Origin: an uncultured Candidatus Saccharibacteria bacterium
GTDB lineage: Bacteria; Patescibacteriota; Minisyncoccia; Phycocordibacterales; UBA9973
NCBI GenBank assembly: GCA_964450735.1
Contig: CAYVDC010000005.1
Location: forward strand, 22,628-86,627
DNA: 64,000 bases
Reading direction: 5' to 3'
The stretch's first letter is position 1; every line of letters starts with the position of its first letter. Under the pieces are notes generated by a model. That model ran no database searches and was not told where the DNA came from. It saw nothing but the letters and a program-made list of their open reading frames with translations. A program made the translations under genes and the position numbers. This document shows positions 7,646 through 17,237 of the stretch, in pieces.

Positions 7646-8317
7646 ATGCAAAAATCCTACAAATACCTCACCCTCATTACCGTTTCATTCGTCTCAGTAC
7701 TTTTAATCTCTAACATCGCCTCAACCAAGATCGTCGATCTCAAATGGTTCGTTTTCGATGCAGGAACACTCCTTTTTCCGCTCAGCTACATTTTTGGCGA
7801 CATTCTCACCGAAGTCTACGGCTATAAGCAGTCACGCAAAGTTGTGTGGATGGGATTTGCCATGGCGCTGCTCATGTCAGTCGTTTTCATCATTGTCGGA
7901 AAACTTCCGCCTGCGTCAGACTGGGGAAACCAAGCTGCTTATGACGCAATCCTCGGACTTACCCCTCGTATAGTCTTTGCAAGCCTTATCGCCTTCTTTG
8001 TCGGTGAATTTTCAAACTCATACATTCTCGCAAAGCTTAAAATCCTGACCAAAGGGAAATGGCTTTGGATGCGAACAATTGGCTCAACTATCATCGGCGA
8101 ATTGCTCGACACTACCCTCTTCATCATCATCGCGTTTTACGGAGTTCTTCCATCAAGCCTGCTCTTGACCCTTATAGTTTCAAATTACCTCTTCAAGGCA
8201 GGTCTTGAAATCATCTTTACGCCGATCACCTACAAGGTGGTTAATTTCCTGAAGAAAAAGGAAAATGAAGACTACTACGATACGGACACAAACTTCAATC
8301 CGTTTTCGACGAAATAA
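7646..8317 (+). CDS. yhhQ: Queuosine-precursor transporter, YhhQ/COG1738 family
   Basis: FDAGTLLFPLSYIFGDILTEVYG signature region, six TM helices. Confidence 0.7.
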   Translation: MQKSYKYLTLITVSFVSVLLISNIASTKIVDLKWFVFDAGTLLFPLSYIFGDILTEVYGYKQSRKVVWMGFAMALLMSVVFIIVGKLPPASDWGNQAAYDAILGLTPRIVFASLIAFFVGEFSNSYILAKLKILTKGKWLWMRTIGSTIIGELLDTTLFIIIAFYGVLPSSLLLTLIVSNYLFKAGLEIIFTPITYKVVNFLKKKENEDYYDTDTNFNPFSTK

Positions 8318-8369
8318 AAAAGCCAACTCTGACAGTAGAGCTGGCGTTATAATCTCGGATACAATATTC

Positions 8370-9035
8370 TTAATTTCCTGCCTCAGGTTTTACATTCAAA
8401 ATAGTCTTTTCGACCTTTGCATTATTAAACCTGGTTCTTTTATCTGTTTTCTTTTTCTTGCTTGCTCTGCGTTTTTGAATTTGCTTATCGCTAAGCATCT
8501 TCTTAATTTCTGATTTTGTTCGATCCTCATGCACGATACCTGAAACGAATTCACCAAACGGGCAAAGATACATCTCAAAGATTTCTGATTGCGTCTCGAA
8601 TACATCAACTGGTGCAACGCATAAATCATACGGCATAAACGAAAGATCTTCCGTTGCGTCAATAATTTTTATATTCCATTCTGCATCGGGAAGTTTTATA
8701 TTATCGTGGAATATATCAACCAAAGCTTCAAAATCAGAAACTTCGACAAGTATGATGACGGTTGCGCTTTGTTCCTTATCAGCCTTCTCACCTGCAAAAA
8801 GGTCCTGAAAATCAAGTAAGTCGCCCTTGAATAGATCCATGGTGATTTTTTCTACTTGTTCTTCCGTCATTTTTTTGGGCGGATCATAGCAAATAGGAAA
8901 AAGATACACGCCGGTATCGTACAATTCTAGTATCGTGTCTTTTGGCAAGTAAAAAATATCAAGCACTGGATCGGCACCAAAAGTAGCGGCTGATTGTTCA
9001 GCGCTAAGCAGACAGGTAATTATTAGAGTATTCAT
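8370..9035 (-). CDS. Hypothetical secreted protein with basic C-terminal tail
   Basis: N-terminal signal peptide MNTLIITCLLSAEQSAA; KRRASKKKKTDKR tail; no recognised motif. Confidence 0.45.
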   Translation of the reverse strand: MNTLIITCLLSAEQSAATFGADPVLDIFYLPKDTILELYDTGVYLFPICYDPPKKMTEEQVEKITMDLFKGDLLDFQDLFAGEKADKEQSATVIILVEVSDFEALVDIFHDNIKLPDAEWNIKIIDATEDLSFMPYDLCVAPVDVFETQSEIFEMYLCPFGEFVSGIVHEDRTKSEIKKMLSDKQIQKRRASKKKKTDKRTRFNNAKVEKTILNVKPEAGN

Positions 9036-9128
9036 ATGGCAATATTTTTCTTTACTCTATACTCATGTGACAAAAAGTAAAGACCCCTTGAAAAAAACAC
9101 GATTTTAGTGTATCTTGTCTGGGTATTT

Positions 9129-9201
9129 GCGCGGTTAGCTCAGTTGGTAGAGCGACCCCTTGACGTGGGGTAGGTCAGAGGTTCGACTCCTCTATCGCGC
9201 A
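9129..9201 (+). tRNA. tRNA-Val (anticodon GAC)
   Basis: GCGCGGT/ATCGCGC acceptor stem, anticodon loop TTGACGT, T-arm AGAGG-TTCGACT-CCTCT. Confidence 0.85.
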
Positions 9202-9274
9202 CTTTTTGAAAATCAACCCGACCAATAAAAAATAGCCCGGATACATTTCCGGGCTGTTGAAATTTACATATGTT

Positions 9275-10501
9275 CTATTTCATGACCGCATTGTACGTGT
9301 TCATGAAGATTGTTCTGTGGTCCATATAATAAGCGATATCGTCCAGACTACAGGAAACCACATTGCGTCCGAATCCTTGCTTGAGAACTGGCAGACCGCT
9401 ACCGATAGAAGAGAGGATGTTCAAGGTACCCTCAAGATTATTACAATCCATAAAATCTCTTAGCAGTGCAACTTGATCAGGTCCAATAACCGCTGACATA
9501 TAGTTCGCCGGCAGCATTCGAGCCGCACAAAATATATACACCTGACCAAAATAATTGTAAACCAATCGGCCAATGCTTCCTGGCATTTTTTCTGTAGCAA
9601 CCTTGAGTAAATCAAAAAAGGTACAAGCATTTTCATTAATCTCTTTAAGATAATTCTTGTTCCTTTTAATACAAGCTCCAATCAGTTGCATATGCACATT
9701 AAGCTGGCGAAGTTCGTCAAAAATTTTAGCCATATTGCTTCCCATCAAATACTGCTGTCGCAGTTCGGCAAGTACCTTGGTACAAACATCTGAATCTTTT
9801 CCTCCTAAGGTTTGATAGATCTCTGCCTCAGGTGTCTGGTTAATAACAAAATCAATGCTTCCATGTCCTGTGAAGTCATGGCTGAACTCATTGAGGATTA
9901 TATACAGAAGTGCAAACAGACGTTCAAACTCTGGTGTTTTCATCAAAAGCTGCACCGGTTCTTCTTCAAGAAAAACAAGTCCGTAAATCATATGGATAGT
10001 ACTTTTGCCTTTGCCGGTAACAACATGATCATTGGCTGCAAAATAAAACTTCCATGAGCTGTTCTTGAGGTGTAATGCACCGCTAGGCAAACGGAATGTC
10101 GATCTTGAAACTTCTTTGTTTTTTAACTTGAAGTCTTTGCAGTACCTCTCATAATCCGATTTTGGCATCACTTGTGTGGTTTTGAGATACCTAATCGGCG
10201 CAAAATCAGTTGTCGCCGACATAACAATCGGAGAATGAGGAAATTTTTTGAATCTATCAACAGTAAAAGCTTTGAGTGAGAAACCTGTAACATCAACGAA
10301 CGGATCTTTTGAAATCGTTGTTTTAATGTCTTCTCCAGTCTTAGCTTGAATGAAATCATCATAAATCTCCTGCTGACTTATTCGTAGTTGCTGAGGCGTA
10401 TACAGTTTTAACTCCTCGAGGCGTTCAATCATGCACTGGTCAATCTGAGTATTCGACTTGAAAAGTAATCCCTGGTCGTTAATTTTTAATTTCATAATCA
10501 A
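9275..10501 (-). CDS. Hypothetical protein (408 aa), AT-rich gene
   Basis: Long ORF with no recognisable motif; sits in the AT-rich block after tRNA-Val. Confidence 0.45.
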   Translation of the reverse strand: MIMKLKINDQGLLFKSNTQIDQCMIERLEELKLYTPQQLRISQQEIYDDFIQAKTGEDIKTTISKDPFVDVTGFSLKAFTVDRFKKFPHSPIVMSATTDFAPIRYLKTTQVMPKSDYERYCKDFKLKNKEVSRSTFRLPSGALHLKNSSWKFYFAANDHVVTGKGKSTIHMIYGLVFLEEEPVQLLMKTPEFERLFALLYIILNEFSHDFTGHGSIDFVINQTPEAEIYQTLGGKDSDVCTKVLAELRQQYLMGSNMAKIFDELRQLNVHMQLIGACIKRNKNYLKEINENACTFFDLLKVATEKMPGSIGRLVYNYFGQVYIFCAARMLPANYMSAVIGPDQVALLRDFMDCNNLEGTLNILSSIGSGLPVLKQGFGRNVVSCSLDDIAYYMDHRTIFMNTYNAVMK

Positions 10502-10542
10502 TTGGGTTTTCGTGACTATACATAGTTTTTTCTATTTTGTCA

Positions 10543-10580
10543 AAAAAATCCCCGTGCTTTTTAGGCACCGGGATATTACT
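10543..10580. terminator. Bidirectional terminator hairpin, member of a repeated aaaaaaaTCCC..GGGAT family
   Basis: ATCCCCGTGC-tttttag-GCACCGGGAT; 34 of 38 nt identical to 13206-13243. Confidence 0.6.
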
Positions 10581-10591
10581 TTAACCTTACG

Positions 10592-11614
10592 TTACTTAAT
10601 TATTGTTTCAATTTTTCTATATGCAGCCATACGGCTTATTGCAGCAGGGCTCGTAATCATATACGAATCATCCAGTGGATGCGCAGATGAATTCAATACT
10701 ACCCTATGAAGCTCAAAACAAAGTGTTTCCAAATTGCCTTTTCGCTTTAGTAAGTAGATAAACTCATCATACGTTAACCAAAAGTATGGATTTTGTATAT
10801 CGGTAGTCCGATGATTGATACGCACCCCTATTGGAGTAAGCGTAATATATACCTGATCCGCCCGGAACTCCAATTCACTTTTTACCGCACGGCGAGTTAT
10901 ATCCATGTAATCCGCCATTGTAGTATCAAAATGTTTTGAGGCCTTAGCGATAATCCTTCTGCTCATGATAAAAGTTTTCACCCAAGAGTACTGCAAGAAG
11001 GTTGTTCCGTCATACATATCAAGGTCGTAATTTTTTTCATATTCAGTAAGCATGCTAGGCTGTATTTCAAAATCATTGCCGAGCTTATCGATCATAGCTT
11101 CATCTAGCTGTTGTATTGAATGCCGCGAATCGCGAAACTGCCGCAAGGACATAAAATTGGTATTGAAGGATACCTGCAATCTTGAAATCTCAGATTTAAA
11201 AAATGCATCAGCTATGGGAAACACCTGATCGTATTTATTAATACAGATTGCATGCCCAGGAACATAGGACGCGAGATCTAAGTTAATTTGAGGAAAGCGT
11301 TCTGAAATTTGCCTAAAAATTCCTAATGCAACCTTGCCATCAAGCGGAAGATTCACATAGCTCGCCAATTGTTTTGGGGCGTACTGTATCTTAAATTCTT
11401 CAATGTGTTTGGTTAGATTTCGCACATCTCCCAAAAACGACAGCCGATAGTCTGCATTTCTTAGTTTTCTTTCTTCCAGAAGCTTGAAGGTTTCTCTAAT
11501 TTTCTTTGCGTACGGGCCTTTCATAGTTCTGACGGCAGAAGGACACGTGGGGCACGACATAATACATTCTTCTTCGGGAATCGCTATTTCAATGGTAAAA
11601 AACGTTTCTGCCAT
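10592..11614 (-). CDS. Hypothetical protein with N-terminal CX3CX2C motif (possible divergent radical-SAM enzyme)
   Basis: CIMSCPTC at residues 17-24; LSFLGD about 35 aa downstream where a GGE-type SAM motif would sit; otherwise unrecognised. Confidence 0.45.
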   Translation of the reverse strand: MAETFFTIEIAIPEEECIMSCPTCPSAVRTMKGPYAKKIRETFKLLEERKLRNADYRLSFLGDVRNLTKHIEEFKIQYAPKQLASYVNLPLDGKVALGIFRQISERFPQINLDLASYVPGHAICINKYDQVFPIADAFFKSEISRLQVSFNTNFMSLRQFRDSRHSIQQLDEAMIDKLGNDFEIQPSMLTEYEKNYDLDMYDGTTFLQYSWVKTFIMSRRIIAKASKHFDTTMADYMDITRRAVKSELEFRADQVYITLTPIGVRINHRTTDIQNPYFWLTYDEFIYLLKRKGNLETLCFELHRVVLNSSAHPLDDSYMITSPAAISRMAAYRKIETIIK

Positions 11615-11756
11615 TTTTTTATTTTTAAGGGTTATGCCACTATTGGCGGAAATTTAATTCACTTTACTATAGTTTTTTCATTTGTCAAAAGCTCTTATTT
11701 TGAAAATGGTTTTGAGCATGGTATCGTATTCGTTATATAAAATTAATATTTATTTC

Positions 11757-13196
11757 ATGTCTACCACCTCCCACTCAAACAAAAAATGGCTTACCCTCGC
11801 AATCCTCTGTCTCGGCGCTTTGATGATCGTGCTTGATACGACGATCGTTAACGTTGCATTGCCTTCAATCAAGGCCAGCCTTGGATTTTCTGATACCTCT
11901 CTCGCCTGGGTGGTGAATGCGTACATGCTGACATTCGGCGGATTTTTGTTGCTTGGCGGCAGACTTAGTGACATCTATGGGCAGAGAAAGTTCTTCTTAG
12001 TCGGAATTACCATATTCACTATTGCTTCACTTTTATGTGGCCTCGCTCAGTCACAACTATTCCTCATCATTGCTCGCGCAATCCAAGGACTTGGAGGCGC
12101 GTTAGTAACATCAATTGCGCTTTCACTCATCATGAACCTCTTCACGGAAACAAATGAACGGGCAAAAGCCATGGGAGTATACGGATTCGTTTCTGCTGGC
12201 GGAGGCTCGATCGGCGTACTGCTCGGCGGCATCATTACAAGCACATTGAATTGGAATTGGATTTTCTTGGTAAACATTCCAGTCGGAATCGCCGTTTTTG
12301 CACTATGCATGTTCCTCTTGCCAGAATATAAGGACGAAAAAACAAAACATCACCTCGATGTATGGGGCGCAGTAACTATTACTTCAGCCCTTCTTCTTGC
12401 GGTGTATGCAATTATCAATGGAAATGCCGCAGGATGGACTTCGCTTCAGACATTGTCGCTTCTCGGCATAAGCGCGGTATTGATCGGCATCTTTATTTTT
12501 ATCGAAAGAAAAGTTCATTCTCCCCTCATGCCGCTTCATCTTTTTAACAAGAAAACGATCGCTGCATCAAATGTAATCGCCATGCTTTGGGCGGCGGCAA
12601 TGTTCTCATGGTTCTTCCTCTCAGCGCTCTATCTTCAGCTCGTGCTCGGCTATGATCCACTTCATGTCGGGCTTTCATTCCTGCCTGGAAACACCATTAT
12701 GGCTCTTCTCTCACTTGGCATTTCCGCGAAGATCGTCATAAAGTTTGGCATCAAAAAACCTCTTGCTGTTGGTATGGGATTGGTAGCTCTTGGCTTACTC
12801 CTTCTGGCCCGCGCACCAGTTGGCGGCGAATACTTTATACATGTCTTCCCAAGCATGGTATTGCTCGGCATCGGCGGCGGTATTGCTTTCAATCCGCTTC
12901 TCCTTGCAGCAATGAGTGAAGTAACTCCTGCCGAGTCCGGTCTCGTTTCTGGAATGATCAACACGGCGTTTATGATGGGAGGCCCGCTTGGACTCGCGCT
13001 TCTCGCAAGCGTTGCGGACTCTCGAACTCATCATGCATTGTCACTCGGAATGAGCCAGCTTGCTTCATTAGTAAGTGGATACCATGGATCATTTGTTGTT
13101 GGAGGATGCTTCGCCATTGCGGCGGCGCTTCTCGCCTTGGCATTTTTCCCAAACTATTCTGACAACAATCAAAAAGCGGGCCCTTCGATCCATTAG
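11757..13196 (+). CDS. MFS transporter, DHA2 (EmrB/QacA-like, 14-TMS) family
   Basis: LGALMIVLDTTIVNVALPSI and GRLSDIYGQRK motif-A region; 14 predicted TM helices; ORF opens at 11682, start at 11757 preferred. Confidence 0.85.
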   Translation: MSTTSHSNKKWLTLAILCLGALMIVLDTTIVNVALPSIKASLGFSDTSLAWVVNAYMLTFGGFLLLGGRLSDIYGQRKFFLVGITIFTIASLLCGLAQSQLFLIIARAIQGLGGALVTSIALSLIMNLFTETNERAKAMGVYGFVSAGGGSIGVLLGGIITSTLNWNWIFLVNIPVGIAVFALCMFLLPEYKDEKTKHHLDVWGAVTITSALLLAVYAIINGNAAGWTSLQTLSLLGISAVLIGIFIFIERKVHSPLMPLHLFNKKTIAASNVIAMLWAAAMFSWFFLSALYLQLVLGYDPLHVGLSFLPGNTIMALLSLGISAKIVIKFGIKKPLAVGMGLVALGLLLLARAPVGGEYFIHVFPSMVLLGIGGGIAFNPLLLAAMSEVTPAESGLVSGMINTAFMMGGPLGLALLASVADSRTHHALSLGMSQLASLVSGYHGSFVVGGCFAIAAALLALAFFPNYSDNNQKAGPSIH

Positions 13197-13205
13197 CATT
13201 TAGAA

Positions 13206-13243
13206 TAAAAAAAAATCCCTGTGTTTTTAGGCACAGGGATATT
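13206..13243. terminator. Bidirectional terminator hairpin, second copy of the aaaaaaaTCCC..GGGAT family
   Basis: ATCCCTGTG-ttttta-GGCACAGGGAT; A-run upstream and T-run on the other strand. Confidence 0.6.
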
Positions 13244-13269
13244 ACATATCATTCTATTTGTCGCTTTAA

Positions 13270-13719
13270 TTAAAATCCTCCTTTCATATACACCAGCTCG
13301 AAACCCAGTAATTTTTTCATAACTGAGTTCAGTATGCTTTTTTCGGTTAGATTAAGCGGTTCATAAACTTCAATTACAAAAAACCAGACTTCCCTTAGAT
13401 TATCGAAAAAATCTTTTTCTCCTGGTTCTTTCGGGATTTCATAATTTTCTGGCGGCTCTGGAGTCAGTTCTTTGGCTCTTTCTGCCACAGCGATACACCA
13501 ATTGTTAAAAAGAAATACATACCAACTCTTGTGAGCTCGGATTTCTTTATATACCAGAATAAATTCAGCACTCGTCTTTGCAGTATTTATTTTTTCTTGT
13601 AGTTGCTTTGCAGTTACTTTTGCTTTTGATTTCATTCTCGGCCTGCTAACCAAAAAATATATAGCGGCAATAAAAACTGCGACAACAATAAGGTAATCAT
13701 ACCAGTAGAAGTTCCACAT
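13270..13719 (-). CDS. Hypothetical membrane-anchored protein
   Basis: N-terminal TM helix; no motif recognised. Confidence 0.4.
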   Translation of the reverse strand: MWNFYWYDYLIVVAVFIAAIYFLVSRPRMKSKAKVTAKQLQEKINTAKTSAEFILVYKEIRAHKSWYVFLFNNWCIAVAERAKELTPEPPENYEIPKEPGEKDFFDNLREVWFFVIEVYEPLNLTEKSILNSVMKKLLGFELVYMKGGF

Positions 13720-13764
13720 CGTAGCACTATTTTAAGAGTAAAATAATTTGGTTTAGTTCAGAAT

Positions 13765-14076
13765 TTACAAAGTAATTTTTTGAGAATAAGTAAGGCCGCG
13801 GCAGGTAATCGTCAGGTCATATTCACCTTCAAGCTTGCCAGGAATTAGAATAATTAAGCGGTGAAATAGATCATTATCCATTTTTAGCACTGCTTCATAT
13901 TTCTCATCCTTGCGAGATACAACCCCATACACCTTTTCAGACTTGGCGGGCTTTTCTTTGGTGTAAAAATCAATAGCCAATTCTGTTTGGCTGAACAAAA
14001 TATGGGGGTTAATTTGGTAAATAAAACTTTCGGTTTGGGCAAAAAGAAGAAACAAAAAGATAATTAGAGTTTTCAT
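13765..14076 (-). CDS. Hypothetical small secreted protein
   Basis: Signal peptide MKTLIIFLFLLFAQTES; 103 aa. Confidence 0.4.
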   Translation of the reverse strand: MKTLIIFLFLLFAQTESFIYQINPHILFSQTELAIDFYTKEKPAKSEKVYGVVSRKDEKYEAVLKMDNDLFHRLIILIPGKLEGEYDLTITCRGLTYSQKITL

Positions 14077-14192
14077 AGATAAAGTTTAGATGAATAAAAA
14101 CAGAACCAACGATTATTCATTGCCTCTGCTTTTACTCATCATTTTTCAATGAGCTTTGCTTCTCAATTTACAACTTTGCGGCTATTTGTCAA

Positions 14193-15440
14193 TCAATACA
14201 CTTCCCCCATATACGGCAGCGGCAGGTTCCAAATATACGCATCGCGGCTTGTCTGTTCATCGCGCTCAACTTTTCTCCATGATACTGAGCCTAAACTTGC
14301 AGCCAGGTTGATTGCACCCGTCCCAAACCGCGCACGGATCTGGTCCACGGCGTGCAGTATTTCATTTTTCTCCAAAACTTTTTCCTGCGAGCCGAACAGA
14401 TCAAACTGAAGGTCTTTATTTTCCCGGAGCTCCATGACAGTAATTCCCGTTGCGCGATACATCATTCCCCGTTCATGCAGGCCCGTAATTTCTTTTTCGA
14501 GATAGGCCAGCATGTCACTCGGATTGTTCGTATGTTTTGGAAATCGCGTCCATGCAGACGTATAGCCTCTCAAACCATGTTTCCAGAATATCGAAGCTGC
14601 GCCGGCATACTGTCCGCTTTCTCGCAATCGCATACAGATGATTTCTATATTTCGGGAAAGTTCGGAACGCATGAAAGCAATATCGCTCGTCGCGTGGCTG
14701 AACGTGCGCACGGCCTGAAACGATTTCTGGACTTGATGCGATCCACCAACACGCACCGGCATGACGCTTCGGCAATTCAATTCATGCCACATTTCTTTGA
14801 TTGGCATGGCAAATTTTTTGATGTCAAAATCATTCATTCGTGCGAAGTCATATGCATACTGCCAGCCGCGATTGCGGAATTGCTCGCCAAGCCGCCAGCC
14901 AATGCCCCAGATATTTCCAATTGGAATTTTCTTGAGCGTTTCAATCACTTGTTCATCAAGCAAGACAGTACAGCCATCAGGCTTCTGTAATTTAGAGGCA
15001 ACTTTTGCCAGCACTTTTGTACTTGCTAATCCAAATGAAAACGTAATACCAAGCTCTCGCTGAACGGTAGTTTTGATACTGCGAAGCATTGCTTCCCACG
15101 AACCGTATTTCTTCATGTCTTCCTCTGAAAATTCTGCAAAGCATTCATCGATACTGTAGTGCTCGACTCGAGAGGTAAAACGCTTCATGACACTGTACAA
15201 TTTTTCCGAGTACATGTGATAGAGCTCAAAATGCGCATTCAGGATCGTGACCTGCGGAAACTCCCGCTTTATTTTAAAAATCGGCATGGCGCGATGAATA
15301 CCCAACGCTTTCGCTTCGTATGTCATGGCGCAAGCGATACCGCGGTCGCCTCCGACAACGACCGGTTTGCCTTTTAAGTTCGGGAATCTGGCCACCTCGC
15401 AGGCAGCAAAGAATCCGTCTCCATCTACATGCAAGATCAT
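14193..15440 (-). CDS. Y-family translesion DNA polymerase (DinB/UmuC-like)
   Basis: N-terminal ILHVDGDGFFAACE with catalytic Asp pair, SIDECF acidic motif; 4-nt overlap with upstream lexA. Confidence 0.85.
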   Translation of the reverse strand: MILHVDGDGFFAACEVARFPNLKGKPVVVGGDRGIACAMTYEAKALGIHRAMPIFKIKREFPQVTILNAHFELYHMYSEKLYSVMKRFTSRVEHYSIDECFAEFSEEDMKKYGSWEAMLRSIKTTVQRELGITFSFGLASTKVLAKVASKLQKPDGCTVLLDEQVIETLKKIPIGNIWGIGWRLGEQFRNRGWQYAYDFARMNDFDIKKFAMPIKEMWHELNCRSVMPVRVGGSHQVQKSFQAVRTFSHATSDIAFMRSELSRNIEIICMRLRESGQYAGAASIFWKHGLRGYTSAWTRFPKHTNNPSDMLAYLEKEITGLHERGMMYRATGITVMELRENKDLQFDLFGSQEKVLEKNEILHAVDQIRARFGTGAINLAASLGSVSWRKVERDEQTSRDAYIWNLPLPYMGEVY

Positions 15441-15442
15441 GA

Positions 15443-16024
15443 CTAATATTTACGGACTACTGCTTTGACCACGGCGGCAATACGCAGGCCTTCTTTGGGG
15501 TATATCGCCTTGTAGCGCTTGTTTGCAGGCTCAAGATGAGAAACACCACGTTCTGTGCGCAAATACTTCATGGTCCACATTCCATCGACTTCCGCGATCA
15601 CAATCTCACCAGGTTTGGCAGTTTCAGTACGTTCAACAATAACCAAATCGCCTTCTTTGATACCGGCATCATCCATCGAGTCGCCTTTTACTTTGAGCAT
15701 GAAGCTAGCGTCGCGATTGTCTATCAAAAAGTCATCGAGCGTTACCGTATCAAGCAAGTTTTCTTCGCCGGGAGTTGGAAAACCGGCCTCAACCAAGCCA
15801 AGGACTTTCAATGGGCCTTTCTGGAACATAATTTCATTTGGAATCATGCGGCCGCTTTTATCTTTGGAAAGAACTCCCATTGAGCAGAGATGCGAAATGA
15901 TGCGATGGGCAGAATCCTTGGAACGAAGCCCAAAAATGCGCGCGGCTTCTGAGTATGACGGCATGCGGCGCTGGCTTTTGTAAAAATCGGCCAATTTTTT
16001 GATGTAGGAAGCTTCGTTATGCAT
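15443..16024 (-). CDS. lexA: LexA repressor (S24 peptidase with N-terminal winged HTH)
   Basis: wHTH SYSEAARIFGL..AHRIISHL; VEAGFP Ala-Gly cleavage site; GDSM serine and downstream Lys of the S24 dyad. Confidence 0.9.
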   Translation of the reverse strand: MHNEASYIKKLADFYKSQRRMPSYSEAARIFGLRSKDSAHRIISHLCSMGVLSKDKSGRMIPNEIMFQKGPLKVLGLVEAGFPTPGEENLLDTVTLDDFLIDNRDASFMLKVKGDSMDDAGIKEGDLVIVERTETAKPGEIVIAEVDGMWTMKYLRTERGVSHLEPANKRYKAIYPKEGLRIAAVVKAVVRKY

Positions 16025-16030
16025 CCCTCT

Positions 16031-16059
16031 ATTGTACCGAACGATCGTTCGGCATGCAA
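16031..16059 (-). promoter_or_regulatory. lexA promoter (-35 TTGCAT, 17-nt spacer, -10 TACAAT) with a perfect SOS (Cheo-type) box CCGAACGATCGTTCGG in the spacer
   Basis: Palindrome 16037-16052 = GAAC-N4-GTTC; the -10 hexamer ends 6 nt before the ATG, so the mRNA may be leaderless. Confidence 0.7.
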
Positions 16060-16065
16060 GTTTCT

Positions 16066-16102
16066 AATAAAAAAATGCCGCCAGTATAAAAACCGGCGGC
16101 AT
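16066..16102 (-). terminator. Intrinsic terminator after the 372-aa secreted-protein gene
   Basis: ATGCCGCC-loop-GGCGGCAT followed by a T-run on the minus strand. Confidence 0.6.
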
Positions 16103-16118
16103 ATTACAAATTTGTTTA

Positions 16119-17237
16119 TTATTGTTTCTGTATAGTCAGCACCATCGGCTCTTCACCCACAAATGTTCCTAAATCGAACTTTTCGCCGGATTCAAGCTTT
16201 ACGCCAATAGTACAACTTCTCAGTGTACCTTCTGAAACTGCAGTAAATTTAACCACGCTGCCGGGAGATACTGTAAAAGATCTCCATAGAACTGGAGGCA
16301 GTTCAAATGTTTCCGTACTTCCCTGAAATGTATCGTTTACAAATAAGCTAACAAACACACTATCATGGTCATAAACAGAGTTATCGCCAATTGTTACTTC
16401 GATAGACTTATCTGTAAAAAGTGTTGCTTCACGTCCAGAAGTTTGTACGTAACTTTTCTTTTCAGGCTCTATCGGTGGAGCAGTAGCTGGAATTGTTATC
16501 GGCAATTTTTGATCTACTTTGTTGGTAGCCAAAACATTGAAGTACGTACGTGTTCCTTCTTCGCCTCCGCATGCACATTTTCCTACAATGCTATTGCTTA
16601 TTACATATACCGGCATGGGATACATAACGCTTTGCTTGTAGTCATTAACAAACCTGGTAATTGAAACATATACAAGTATATGCAATTCGCCGTTCGGTAT
16701 GTTGATGTTACCTGATTCCAGTACTTCACCCAAGTGGATGTTGCCATTTTTCCAGGCGTCCATGCTTTTGGTGCGACGATCGGAATTTACATACGAAGCA
16801 GCTTTCGCAGAAAGTAGCGAGGTCGCTCTGTCGTATGCAACAATCGGCAATGACTTATTGCTTTCAATATCTGCCTGTACCGGCTTCAGTATAAATGTTA
16901 CATCGCATACTATTCCACTAAAAGCATCTTCCATATTTCGGTAGCTGTCATCAGGATCTTTCAATCCGTATGGCCCAGCGGCGGAATACTTTTTTCTGGC
17001 AGTAGCAATGTCCATTTCTGTGTACCCCACCGGAGTAAATAAGTCCGGGCGAGAATACGCAAACCTCAGCAGCTCACGCGAGTGCAGCTCGATGCTGTTT
17101 GTGCTGCGTTCCTCAATCGTTTGTTTTTGATACTGGCTGATTTGGGCAACCATTTGTTTTGGTTCCATGCCTGATTGAGCAAACACAGATACCGAGAACA
17201 AACATACAAAGGAAAATAGAAAAAGGATTGGTTTCAT
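16119..17237 (-). CDS. Hypothetical secreted protein (372 aa)
   Basis: Signal peptide MKPILFLFSFVCLFSVSVFA; beta-rich C-terminal half; no motif recognised. Confidence 0.45.
   Translation of the reverse strand: MKPILFLFSFVCLFSVSVFAQSGMEPKQMVAQISQYQKQTIEERSTNSIELHSRELLRFAYSRPDLFTPVGYTEMDIATARKKYSAAGPYGLKDPDDSYRNMEDAFSGIVCDVTFILKPVQADIESNKSLPIVAYDRATSLLSAKAASYVNSDRRTKSMDAWKNGNIHLGEVLESGNINIPNGELHILVYVSITRFVNDYKQSVMYPMPVYVISNSIVGKCACGGEEGTRTYFNVLATNKVDQKLPITIPATAPPIEPEKKSYVQTSGREATLFTDKSIEVTIGDNSVYDHDSVFVSLFVNDTFQGSTETFELPPVLWRSFTVSPGSVVKFTAVSEGTLRSCTIGVKLESGEKFDLGTFVGEEPMVLTIQKQ

Noticed and set aside
9202-13243. Integrase, transposase or IS element expected in tRNA-adjacent islands (also 37845-40650)
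   Set aside because: None of the island ORFs shows tyrosine or serine recombinase, DDE transposase or phage hallmark motifs, and no repeat of the tRNA 3' end was found by eye; islands are reported as compositional or accessory only.
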